DNA of 61,843 bases from Patescibacteria group bacterium (GCA_018608435.1 JABAZV010000012.1:3269-65111); one strand, 5' to 3'. Shown: positions 50,701-58,910, numbered from the stretch's first letter. Translations and numbers: made by a program. Notes: generated by a model from the sequence alone, not told the origin.

Positions 50701-51908
50701 CTTACCCAGACTACACTGTTAGTAACAGCGTCTTCCCGATTTGTGCTGCTTTTGACGAAACGACTCCTACTCCTCCATCTGGACCAGTGCCAAATGTAAA
50801 TCTTACCGTGAGTCCTGGTAACTCTGTCTTTTCTGGTGAATCAGTTACTCTTAATTGGGAAGATACAACAGGTACCGCAACAAACTGTGCAACCAGCTGG
50901 GCTGGCAATCAGGCTTATACCGGATCTGATTTTTATACTGAAGCCGTAAATGGAAACACTACTTACACAGTTTCTTGTACAAACACTGTCGGAACTTCAA
51001 ATCCTCCAGAGGAAGAAACGGTAACCGTTAATCCAGTTGGTGTTACTCTGGACCCCCCAGCACCTCCTAATGTTGATGTGGGTGGAGAAACAGTTCTAAC
51101 ATGGAGTTCCACTGGAACAACAGGTTTATGCACTGGTTCACCTGAAAGTATTGCAAATTGGTCTGGCCCGATACTGCCTTTAAGCGACAGCGCAGCAATC
51201 ACTGTTAATGGCTCTGTAAACTACACAATAATCTGCAACACCACGATTGGTACAACCGTATCGGCCAGCACCTATATTGCTGTTCCGGTCGGATTCTTAA
51301 GTGTTGGTAACTGTGACATTCCGGTGGGAGATTCTTATTGTTCTTCCGACGTTACATGGCAAGGTCAGTCCTTCCTTGGTGACGCTGATCTTAATCAAAG
51401 AATCAGCGGTTCATATACTACTGTTTTGTCTGACAGTGGTCCTAACTTCTCGAACATTAATAACCCTGTCGATATTAATCCTGATCGTGATACATTCATT
51501 CTGAATGATGATGGCGGATCTTACGAAAGAGGACCTGTGTCTGGTACTGCGTCTTGTGTCAGCACTTCAGTTTGGATCTCAAGGCCTGCAGGAATATCAC
51601 GTTGCGAACCTTTGCCAGTCATAACGATAAGTTCAGAAGACACCATTGTTTCTTATCGCGACTCGACTACTTATCCCATCACAGTTGATGCTCCGTACGA
51701 AGTGAATTGTGTGTTGCGCGGTGGTTCGACTGATAGTTTCAATTTCGTCGGAACACCTAGTGCTACATCTGGTACTTACGACGGAATAGGTAATATTCTT
51801 ACCTCAACTACGATCACTGAAATCACTTGTACTTCGACAGAGTCTCCATTGTTGACGGCCTCAGAGCAGTCAACAACAAGAGTTGTTCCTAGTATGCAAG
51901 AAATCTAG
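47724..51908 (+). CDS. large surface protein (1394 aa) with a central TM hairpin
   Basis: N-terminal signal, then a ~480-aa domain. Two adjacent TMs lie at nt ~49167-49322. The ~860-aa C-terminal region contains four ~85-aa Cys-containing Ig-like repeats. Confidence 0.85.
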   Translation: MELNMHFSSLFNRAHMTQVFSFLLVAVMLLSPMFLSAQAPEPESIVEPAIEQVVDDGQVVIDIIKAELPNLSQTEAEQLYHRAKFEGEDPSDMSVINSYAVDAAQEVSSFGSEEQFYIENANLILNQDGSYEAIFSVQNSGSVETDVKFRFVLKDPFTGNDVYYVQTPESYTLVTGQSSTYSLDMKLPPYLSGKYMAAIEVANSAGQPITSTNFSENVFALEANATAVAIDRDSCRLTIASDPAVRYNLVQGVDVASDEQLLLSCDVSNFADESMTLQYQTETFFRSSWGDSQGTTPITDVSTVLAAYTSDTITVPVPMQDKPQSYDVQFDFLYENNSVAAPIYVHYVLQGNSATIQKVTPDKLSYVSGDVATVVMEWVGRADHFADARVFDKPIADATEPFVANVQLLDHKGKICSESVSQTLTNKSIQEGSVISVPVNKNCESVFVKSSIQTSDGETLYEIQGSFTDVSPASDSSKPSMIDAYVLVALASIALLAVLLVTQYLYRWSPNWLVGMIVSLLVGIAIVAILARSAPLTEAGSSVDYIYPDSYTMCSQPAVSGGQYQWPIGLELSATVPSGSYLSTEGISISFSARDTVSNNVIGNSNWGARLFLNTSVSPADQIGDSGVSSLNHTFSGLAVGSYRLEMTWNDNRCINIGEAACYPTNPNTSCYTPDPGLGDNPSVVRNYYFTVTAPSAASPTVTLTRDASSVTAGNPVTVGWTSTGSPDACDLWSVPAVSSWTGAQGPFGSETMNLSSNTTFFARCYNSAGEEDTDSISVSVTPPAGSPPVIDLSVTSPITSGSLTTIDWDVSGTGVSCTASSGGGGGWSGPVSNSGLYQDYPTSDATYTLNCLNSYDSDSDSKLVTVNPIVSVSKPSCAIPSAANRTIVNFGGQRMRSDRTDRSVSPDQSVSLSDGTYNVTLMSWDGYSGREISDQPNERWRVDFLDGTNVLTSSGVIRDLEDLVVAAQKIETVSTDLVISTPVVAVRAVHYAYPDYTVSNSVFPICAAFDETTPTPPSGPVPNVNLTVSPGNSVFSGESVTLNWEDTTGTATNCATSWAGNQAYTGSDFYTEAVNGNTTYTVSCTNTVGTSNPPEEETVTVNPVGVTLDPPAPPNVDVGGETVLTWSSTGTTGLCTGSPESIANWSGPILPLSDSAAITVNGSVNYTIICNTTIGTTVSASTYIAVPVGFLSVGNCDIPVGDSYCSSDVTWQGQSFLGDADLNQRISGSYTTVLSDSGPNFSNINNPVDINPDRDTFILNDDGGSYERGPVSGTASCVSTSVWISRPAGISRCEPLPVITISSEDTIVSYRDSTTYPITVDAPYEVNCVLRGGSTDSFNFVGTPSATSGTYDGIGNILTSTTITEITCTSTESPLLTASEQSTTRVVPSMQEI

Positions 51909-51923
51909 AAGCTTCGTATTAGT

Positions 51924-51955
51924 AACAAAAAACAGCGCGTGCGCTGTTTTTTGTT
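51924..51955 (+). terminator. rho-independent terminator
   Basis: Stem AACAAAAAACAGCG/CGCTGTTTTTTGTT around a CGTG loop. Confidence 0.8.
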
Positions 51956-52022
51956 ATTTGTATTTGAATATTGTTCTGGTGGCTTAAGGCAGTGATTATT
52001 ATTTGTGCTATAAAGTATAGGC

Positions 52023-53255
52023 ATGAATTTAGCTGATTTTAAAGCCACTAAGTTTCCGGAAGTCCCAGGTGTTTACTTTTTCTTGGGAGCAAGAAAGGAG
52101 ATTTTGTATATCGGTAAAGCGACTAATTTGCGCACACGCGTTCGCAGTTATTTCGCGTCAGACTTAAGTGAAAAAAGATCAAGACTAATTGAGAAGATGG
52201 TAACAGAGGCAAAAACAGTAGAATGGACAAAAACTGACAGCGTGCTCGAAGCACTAATCTTAGAAACCAACCTCATTCGCACGCACAGGCCGCACTACAA
52301 CACTCGCAGTAAAGATGACAAGAGTTACAATCATCTCGTTATTACCAACGAAGAATGGCCGCGTGTACAAGTCGTGCGTGGAAAAGATTTGACTTCACAG
52401 TATAAAGAAGGAGATATCAAATATGAATTTGGACCTTTTACAAGCGGAATGCTTTTTAAGGAAGCGCTTAAAATTGTGCGGAAGCTGTTTCAATTTTATG
52501 ATACTAAAGTTCCACTCGGACAAGAAAAAAGTAAATTAGCTAAAGGCAAAATTGATTTTAATCGTCAGATTGGCTTGTATCCAAACCAAGAAAATGCTGC
52601 TGAATATAAACGTACAATCAGGCACATTCAACTTTTCTTTGCTGGCAAGAAAGAGAAAATTATTATAGAGCTGGAAAAAGAAATGATGAAGCACGCCAAG
52701 TATGAAGAGTTTGAGGCGGCCAGTGCCATCAAGAAGCGCATTTTTGCCCTGCAGCATATTCAAGACGTGGCTTTGATAAAGGATGATTCTAGGCATTATC
52801 GCGATGAAAATTCTATGCGTATTGAGGCTTATGATGTGTCTCACTTGCGTGGTAGTGATATGGTGGGAGTGATGGTGGTGGTAGAAGGAAGCGAGCCAGC
52901 GAAGAGTGAATACCGGAAGTTTAAAATCAAAAGCCTCTCAGACGCCAACGATCCAGCAGCGCTGCGAGAAATGCTAGCTCGTCGCCTGCATCATTCAGAG
53001 TGGCCGCTCCCACAGCTCATTGTGGTTGACGGAAACAGCGTGCAAAAGCGCGCGGCTGAGATAGAGCTGCGCAAAGCAAGGCTGGTTATTCCGGTAGTAG
53101 CGGTTGCAAAGGATAGTAAGCACAAACCTGAGCGGTTGATCGGTCTTAAAAAACTGATCACAAGTCATCAGCAGTCAATCTTGCTTGCTAACGCTGAGTC
53201 TCACCGTTTTGCAATTGCATTTCACCGCGAGAAAAGAAGTAAGCGCTTGATTTAG
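52023..53255 (+). CDS. uvrC: short excinuclease ABC subunit C (410 aa)
   Basis: GIY-YIG N-terminus (PGVYFFLGARKEILYIGKATNLRTRVRSYF), UVR-like helix (EEFEAASAIKKRIFALQHI) and endonuclease domain (RIEAYDVSHL...ESHRFAIAFHR). The ORF ends ~10 aa later with no helix-hairpin-helix region. Confidence 0.85.
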   Translation: MNLADFKATKFPEVPGVYFFLGARKEILYIGKATNLRTRVRSYFASDLSEKRSRLIEKMVTEAKTVEWTKTDSVLEALILETNLIRTHRPHYNTRSKDDKSYNHLVITNEEWPRVQVVRGKDLTSQYKEGDIKYEFGPFTSGMLFKEALKIVRKLFQFYDTKVPLGQEKSKLAKGKIDFNRQIGLYPNQENAAEYKRTIRHIQLFFAGKKEKIIIELEKEMMKHAKYEEFEAASAIKKRIFALQHIQDVALIKDDSRHYRDENSMRIEAYDVSHLRGSDMVGVMVVVEGSEPAKSEYRKFKIKSLSDANDPAALREMLARRLHHSEWPLPQLIVVDGNSVQKRAAEIELRKARLVIPVVAVAKDSKHKPERLIGLKKLITSHQQSILLANAESHRFAIAFHREKRSKRLI

Positions 53256-53263
53256 TTTCTGGT

Positions 53264-53302
53264 TTGAAAATGGGCGGAAGCAAAGCTTCCGCCCATTTTC
53301 AA
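53264..53302 (+). terminator. terminator hairpin
   Basis: 18-bp perfect stem TTGAAAATGGGCGGAAGC/GCTTCCGCCCATTTTCAA with loop AAA. Confidence 0.75.
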
Positions 53303-53346
53303 CTGCTCCAACAGACACACGCAAAACCAGATGATATAATAAAAGC

Positions 53347-54309
53347 ATGAAAAGAGTAGCGGTATTACGCGGAGGCCCAAGCGAAGAATATGAAGTGTCA
53401 CTAAAGAGTGGTCAGGCTGTACTTAGTGCTTTAAATAGTAAGGGTTATTCACCCAAAGACATTGTAATCACTAAAAAAGGAGAGTGGCTAGACAATGGTT
53501 TTGTGCGTTCACCCGAACAAATATTCACTGGTGTCGATGTAGTATTTATTGCTTTACATGGCCACTACGGAGAAGACGGTCAGGTGCAAAGAATCATGCA
53601 AAGACTCAATCTTCCTTTTACTGGTAGCGGCGCATTTGCTTCTTCGGTCGCTTTCAACAAAGCTCTTACCAAAGAAACACTAGTAAAACACAAAATCAGC
53701 CTACCAAAACACCGCACCTTTAAGGCTGTAGAAATGAGCGACCTTGATGAGCAGATTGCCCAGATCTTTCTAGACATAGGCGAAACTCTCATTGTAAAGC
53801 CGGTAACAGGAGGTTCGTCGATAAACACTCATGTTGCTAGTGACGAGGATTCTCTCAGGTCAATTTTGTCTGACTTGTCACAAAAGTATGAACAGCTTCT
53901 TATAGAGGAGTGTATCATTGGTCGCGAAGCTACTGTTGGAGTGCTCGATGGTTTTCGGGGTGAAGAAACTTATGTTTTACCAGTAGTAGAAATCGTTCCT
54001 CCTTCCAGCGAGCAGGTGTGGTCACATGAGTCAAAGTACAACGGAACAACAAAAGAGATTGTCCCTGGTGGATTTTCATACAACGAAAAGATCTTGCTTT
54101 CTGACGCTGCTAGTTTGGTGCATGAAATACTCGATTGTCAGCAATATTCTCGCAGCGACTTTATCATTCGTGACGGTGTGCCGTACTTCTTAGAAGTAAA
54201 CACTCTCCCTGGCTTAACCGATGAATCTCTCTTTCCAAAAGCAGCCGCTGCAGTAGGGCTAGAATTTCCTGAACTCATCACTTATCTAGTAGAAACAGCG
54301 CGCGTTTAA
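53347..54309 (+). CDS. ddl: D-alanine--D-alanine ligase
   Basis: Motifs VAVLRGGPSEEYEVSLKSG, FIALHGHYGEDGQVQ, an ATP-grasp core and the C-terminal YFLEVNTLPGLT. Confidence 0.9.
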   Translation: MKRVAVLRGGPSEEYEVSLKSGQAVLSALNSKGYSPKDIVITKKGEWLDNGFVRSPEQIFTGVDVVFIALHGHYGEDGQVQRIMQRLNLPFTGSGAFASSVAFNKALTKETLVKHKISLPKHRTFKAVEMSDLDEQIAQIFLDIGETLIVKPVTGGSSINTHVASDEDSLRSILSDLSQKYEQLLIEECIIGREATVGVLDGFRGEETYVLPVVEIVPPSSEQVWSHESKYNGTTKEIVPGGFSYNEKILLSDAASLVHEILDCQQYSRSDFIIRDGVPYFLEVNTLPGLTDESLFPKAAAAVGLEFPELITYLVETARV

Positions 54310-54501
54310 AGTGCTAGTGTAAGCTCTTTTTTAAGCTTTAAAACAGCATATCTAACTTGCAATTTCACATAGGTGCTGTAAGATTGTGGGAATCCAAGTT
54401 GTGTGGATTGATTTGTTTTAGCTTTATAGCGAATACTTTCCTTATAAAGCAGTAACAAACCTTACTTGGCAGTGCTTTCTGCACTGATCACTTCATTACT
54501 T

Positions 54502-54575
54502 GGGCCAGTAGCTCAGTTGGCTAGAGCGCCTCATTTGCACTGAGGAGGCCGGGGGTTCGAGTCCTCTCTGGTCCA
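54502..54575 (+). tRNA. tRNA-Ala (anticodon UGC)
   Basis: Manual cloverleaf: acceptor GGGCCAG/CTGGTCC with the G3:U70 alanine identity pair, D arm GCTC/GAGC, anticodon stem CCTCA/TGAGG with loop TTTGCAC, T loop TTCGAGT. The T stem has two G:U pairs. No encoded CCA. Confidence 0.85.
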
Positions 54576-54581
54576 CATACG

Positions 54582-54620
54582 GAAAACCATCACACAAACG
54601 CGTGGTGGTTTTCTTTATTT
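54582..54620 (+). terminator. rho-independent terminator after tRNA-Ala
   Basis: Stem GAAAACCATCAC/GTGGTGGTTTTC (one G:U), followed by TTTATTTT. Confidence 0.65.
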
Positions 54621-54758
54621 TGCGTTTAATTTATATTGTCTTGAATCAAACCTGCTTTTAGTACAATAAACACTTGAAAGGTAAAACCGTCCATTATTTA
54701 TCGTGCGCCAACGTATTAATTAACCAATAGACTATGGAAAAAAATCGCTATTACTTCA

Positions 54759-55610
54759 ATGTATGCAAACCCATTGCATCCAGGCCACATAGAATGTCTT
54801 GAACTCTCAAAAGACATCGCTGATGAACTGTGGGTAATAATAAACAGCGACCATCAAGCTAGGCTAAAGCGGGGGACTGATAGTTTTCAAGATGAGCTTT
54901 ACCGCATGCGCGTTGTTGGTGCTCTAAAGTGTGTTGACCGAGTGGTTTTGTCTGAAGATCAAGATTCTAGTGTTTGCCAAACGCTCGAAAAACTAATCAC
55001 CGAAGCCAAAACCCAGCCAGATGTAGAAGTGATATTTACCAAAGGTGGCGATCGCTTTGCTGGTGAAATTCCAGAACGAGCAGTGCTAGAAAAGCACGGT
55101 GTAAAAATCGTCGACAGTCTGGGCAAAAAAAGCCACAGCAGCAGCTCATATGTAAATCGTTTAGCAAATCCAGAGGACAAAAAAGCCCTAGCAGAAGCGA
55201 TTGCCAAAGTGCCAGAAGCTGAGCGCGAACAAGAATACATCGAAGTCGGAGTGCGTCCTTGGGGAGTTTATTACGTTATGGAAGACCATCCTTCATTTAA
55301 GGTAAAGAAGATAGTTGTAACACCGGGCGCTCGGCTGAGTTTGCAAAGCCACAAACACCGCAGCGAGCACTGGGTAGTGGTGAGCGGAAACGCTACTGTA
55401 ACTATTCGTGATAGCGCCCACGCTGATCATATCGGTCACCGCATTGTTGCTCCCAACGAGAGTTGCTATATTCCACAAGGTTTTGTGCACAGGTTAGCCA
55501 ACCAAGGAGAAGAATCATTAATCCTGATCGAAGTGCAAACCGGCACATACATGGGAGAAGACGACATCGAGCGCTACGAAGATGACTACGATCGAACTTC
55601 TGACAGCTAA
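54759..55610 (+). CDS. fusion of a cytidylyltransferase-like (HxGH) nucleotidyltransferase domain and a mannose-6-phosphate-isomerase-type cupin; the 5' end is probably frameshifted
   Basis: The N-terminal half has NPLHPGHIECLE (HxGH motif). The C-terminal half has RPWGVYYV...KKIVVTPGARLSLQSHKHRSEHWVVVSGNATV...IPQGFVHRLAN (type II PMI cupin). An upstream ATG at 54734 is out of frame by one A in an A7 run. Confidence 0.8.
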   Translation: MYANPLHPGHIECLELSKDIADELWVIINSDHQARLKRGTDSFQDELYRMRVVGALKCVDRVVLSEDQDSSVCQTLEKLITEAKTQPDVEVIFTKGGDRFAGEIPERAVLEKHGVKIVDSLGKKSHSSSSYVNRLANPEDKKALAEAIAKVPEAEREQEYIEVGVRPWGVYYVMEDHPSFKVKKIVVTPGARLSLQSHKHRSEHWVVVSGNATVTIRDSAHADHIGHRIVAPNESCYIPQGFVHRLANQGEESLILIEVQTGTYMGEDDIERYEDDYDRTSDS

Positions 55611-55706
55611 CACATGAAACTGCTTTGGCGTACATTGAAATATCCTCATCACTCCCTTGCGGGGCTGAGGTTGCGCAAACTAAGCGTGTGGTGGTAATCC
55701 TGAGTT

Positions 55707-55740
55707 AACAAAACCGATACAGCATGTATCGGTTTTGTTT
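55707..55740 (+). terminator. rho-independent terminator
   Basis: 14-bp stem AACAAAACCGATAC/GTATCGGTTTTGTT with loop AGCAT. Confidence 0.8.
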
Positions 55741-55908
55741 AGCCGCTATACTTTACTATTTATTTTTTGCGAGATATTTAGAGAGAATAAGTTAGGTATT
55801 TACAAAACATAATTACGTGTTACTGTCCAGTTGGAGTAAAAAGTAACTTTGGCAAACATAACTTTATTTGCAAATTTAATTTCAACTTTTAAACAAAGAG
55901 GATTTGAA

Positions 55909-56166
55909 ATGTTTTATGAAACTGAAGAATTAAAAAAAACGAGAATCGCCTTTGCGGTTGCTGAGGGTGAGGCGGTTGATCTAGAGTTTTTAGAAAACTT
56001 CATCGAATTTCTACAGAAAAGTCAAATTGATGTTGATACTGAAGAAGCTCATCTTGTTTTCAAGCTTGTGGGAAGTTACTCGGTAGTACACACTGCTGAA
56101 GAAGCAGCTTTAATAGAAGAATGGCTACTTAAAAACGGTGTGAAAAAGTCTTCTCAAGAAGCGTAA
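55909..56166 (+). CDS. small acidic hypothetical protein (85 aa from ATG 55909)
   Basis: ORF 55849 (TTG). ATG 55909 is preceded by AGAGGA 6-7 nt upstream, and a terminator follows directly. Confidence 0.55.
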   Translation: MFYETEELKKTRIAFAVAEGEAVDLEFLENFIEFLQKSQIDVDTEEAHLVFKLVGSYSVVHTAEEAALIEEWLLKNGVKKSSQEA

Positions 56167-56172
56167 GTATTC

Positions 56173-56197
56173 AAGCGGTCACCACGACCGCTTTTTT
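56173..56197 (+). terminator. rho-independent terminator
   Basis: Stem AAGCGGTC/GACCGCTT with loop ACCAC, followed by TTTTT. Confidence 0.8.
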
Positions 56198-56257
56198 AAT
56201 GCCTTAATTCTGCATTGGCAGTTGACCAGATCTAAATTTGCATTAGAATGACAGCTT

Positions 56258-57361
56258 ATGTCTAAACTATCAGCCGGTATCGTTGGTTTGCCTAATGTTG
56301 GCAAATCAACCCTGTTTAACGCTCTCACTAAAAACACGGTTGAGATGGCAAATTATCCTTTTTGTACGATCGACCCAACAGTCGGCGTTGTTCCTGTGCC
56401 TGATGGTCGTTTGGCGCGCTTAACCGAAATCTCTTCTTCGGAAGAAACACTGCCGGCCGTGATGGAGTTCGTTGATATTGCTGGCTTGGTGAAAGGTGCG
56501 TCGGCTGGAGAAGGTTTGGGAAATAAGTTTTTGGCAAACATTCGTGAAACTGATTTGATCGTGGAGGTTGTGCGTATTTTTGAAGACTCTGATATTCATC
56601 ATGTTTCAGGCACAATTGATCCGATGGGTGATATTGAAACAATTAATCTCGAGCTTATACTGGCCGACACAGAAACTGTGAGCAAGCGTTTGCTTAGTCT
56701 TGAGAAAGATGTAAAACGCGGTGACAAAACAGCCTTGCAAGAAAAAGCACTGCTAGAACAACTTTCGCAGCATCTGCAAAGCGGACAGCTGGCCAACAGC
56801 CTTGATGTTAGCGATGAAGAGAAGAAGCTGATTCGTAGTCTTAGTTTGCTCTCCATGAAGCAGTTCTTGTATGTGTGTAACAAGAAGCAAGACGGCTATA
56901 ACCTAGACGATCAAAACGATGATCGTTGGCAGGAGCTGGTTAATTTCTTTGAGCAGAGTAAATCTGAGTACGTTGTAGTTGACGCTGGTATGGAGCATGA
57001 GCTTAAAGACTTGGAAGAAGGGGAGAAGAATGAGTTTCGTCGTGAGTACGGCGCGCAAGACAGTGGGGTAGAAGCTTTGATACGTTCTGCTTACAATCGC
57101 CTAGGGCTTATGAGCTACTTCACAACCGGAGAAAAAGAAACTCGCGCTTGGACAGTGCCAATTGGCTCGACTGGACCTGAAGCTGGCGCAGCGATTCATA
57201 CTGATTTTCAAACAAAGTATATTCGAGCGCAAGTGATTTCTTTTGACGACTTGGCAGCGATTGGCAGCAAAGCGGCTGCGCGCGATCAAGGAAAGCTCAG
57301 GACTGAAGGAAAGGAATACATTGTGCAAGACGGCGACGTGATTGAGTTTATGCATTCGTAA
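56258..57361 (+). CDS. ychF: redox-regulated ATPase YchF (Obg-like GTPase family)
   Basis: Motifs GIVGLPNVGKSTLFNALT, NYPFCTIDP, FVDIAGLVKGAS.GEGLGNKFL and the C-terminal TGS-like domain ending VQDGDVIEF. Confidence 0.95.
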   Translation: MSKLSAGIVGLPNVGKSTLFNALTKNTVEMANYPFCTIDPTVGVVPVPDGRLARLTEISSSEETLPAVMEFVDIAGLVKGASAGEGLGNKFLANIRETDLIVEVVRIFEDSDIHHVSGTIDPMGDIETINLELILADTETVSKRLLSLEKDVKRGDKTALQEKALLEQLSQHLQSGQLANSLDVSDEEKKLIRSLSLLSMKQFLYVCNKKQDGYNLDDQNDDRWQELVNFFEQSKSEYVVVDAGMEHELKDLEEGEKNEFRREYGAQDSGVEALIRSAYNRLGLMSYFTTGEKETRAWTVPIGSTGPEAGAAIHTDFQTKYIRAQVISFDDLAAIGSKAAARDQGKLRTEGKEYIVQDGDVIEFMHS

Positions 57362-57372
57362 GCAGTGAGCAA

Positions 57373-57411
57373 TAAAACAAACCCCTGAAACTTTCAGGGG
57401 TTTGTTTTATT
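57373..57411. terminator. bidirectional terminator between convergent genes
   Basis: About 18-bp stem ATAAAACAAACCCCTGAA/TTCAGGGGTTTGTTTTAT with A and T tracts on both sides. Confidence 0.8.
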
Positions 57412-57686
57412 TAAGTGCTTTTGTCAGACTCTTTTGGATTTGGTGGCTGCACTGGGCTGACGATGTTTGGGTTCCAGTTAGAATCAATTACGTTATGCTT
57501 GTCTTCAAATTCTTTTACTTGATGAGTAAGGTATTGAGCTAGACGCTTAGCGTGTTGCGGAGTAAGCGAGTATAGCGTGCCTTGATTACCCGACTTTAAT
57601 CCAAGGACAAAGTATTCGGGTGTATAAGCAACACTAGCGCTCTCGCAGAATAATTTTGGTGCATTTTGGAAATCTTCTTTTTTCAT
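57411..57686 (-). CDS. DUF3467-like small protein (91 aa)
   Basis: This is the only convincing minus-strand gene. The pattern ...ESASVAYTPEYFVLGL......LYSLTPQHAKRLAQYLTHQVKEFEDKH resembles DUF3467 proteins. Confidence 0.7.
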   Translation of the reverse strand: MKKEDFQNAPKLFCESASVAYTPEYFVLGLKSGNQGTLYSLTPQHAKRLAQYLTHQVKEFEDKHNVIDSNWNPNIVSPVQPPNPKESDKST

Positions 57687-57860
57687 GAAAGTATTATAAC
57701 CTGAATTTTCTACAAGGACGAATTACGACTTTTGCGAGAGGGATAAGTCAGAATTACTTGCTCTTGCTAAAGCTTAAGCGTAGTATAAGAAAAGACATGA
57801 AAGCCATAAGATATGGCTTGAAGCCTTTATTAAAGAATTGAATCTTAAAACAAAACAACT

Positions 57861-58832
57861 ATGAAAAAGACAATTTCATCTTTTGTGGCTTTAGCTGTGG
57901 TGCTTACTGGAGTAGCGATTGCAACTCCACAAGCTGAAGCTGCATGCAGCTACAATGGCTGGCTAAACTCTGGCGGCAAGTGTGGAAAATCACACGGCAA
58001 CAAAAACTACGAGAAGCGAAAAAACAACACAAAGAGTAAATATTATTCTGCTAGTACGTATAACACTAACGATCAGCTCGAAGCTTACGTCAAGCACTTG
58101 AGGAAACTTATTTCGGCCCTCGAAGACGATCTTTATGATCGAGATAACGACTCTGAAGTATCGGTTTTTACTCGCTCTGTTTCAAACGTTAATGATGATC
58201 GGGCGACTTTGCGCGGCCGACTTGATCTTGGTGACGATGACGAAGCGCGCGTTTACTTTGAATATGGTTTGTCGCGAACAAATCTAAACAAAGAAAGCAG
58301 CACACTAACGTTAGATGATAACGACGACCAAGACTTCCATGCTTCTTTACGTAATCTAAACGAGAACGATTGGTACTATTATCGCGCAGTATCAATTGAT
58401 GAAGACGGAGAAAGAGATTATGGCTCTATAATGAGCTTTAGAACTGATTCAAAAAACAATGACGACGAGCCAGATGTTGTGACTGGTAATACTTCAAGCA
58501 TTACTTCAGATGAAGCGCGCCTGCGCGGAATGGTCGACATGAATGACTTTCAAGACGGATTAGTATTCTTTGTTTACGGTGAAGATCGCGATCAGGTTGA
58601 AGAAGTAGAAGATGATTATGATTCATATTCTGAAGTAGATGAAGACGGCAGAGACTTGCAGAAAGAATCAGTTGATTCAAATCTAGATAATTTTGAAAGT
58701 TACCAAGAAGACATTTCTGGATTAGATGAAGACACTCGTATTTACTATAGTATTTGTGTCGAGTACGAAGATGAGTCAGATGACGAAGTGATAATTTGTG
58801 GCAGTGTAAAAAGCTTTCAGACTAATGATTAA
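57861..58832 (+). CDS. secreted acidic protein with two ~110-aa repeats
   Basis: Signal peptide ending AEA|A. The repeats are T.SVSNVNDDRATLRGRLDLGD..ARVYFEYG...YYYRAVSIDEDGERDYGSIMSFRT and TGNTSSITSDEARLRGMVDMND..GLVFFVYG...IYYSICVEYEDE...ICGSVKSFQT, which are FN3-like. Confidence 0.75.
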   Translation: MKKTISSFVALAVVLTGVAIATPQAEAACSYNGWLNSGGKCGKSHGNKNYEKRKNNTKSKYYSASTYNTNDQLEAYVKHLRKLISALEDDLYDRDNDSEVSVFTRSVSNVNDDRATLRGRLDLGDDDEARVYFEYGLSRTNLNKESSTLTLDDNDDQDFHASLRNLNENDWYYYRAVSIDEDGERDYGSIMSFRTDSKNNDDEPDVVTGNTSSITSDEARLRGMVDMNDFQDGLVFFVYGEDRDQVEEVEDDYDSYSEVDEDGRDLQKESVDSNLDNFESYQEDISGLDEDTRIYYSICVEYEDESDDEVIICGSVKSFQTND

Positions 58833-58910
58833 TATTTGTTAGTGCAAACTGAGTAGAAAACAGCAATGCTTTAAATCTTTCTGTAATTCTAGGTAAACAC
58901 TTAAATATAT

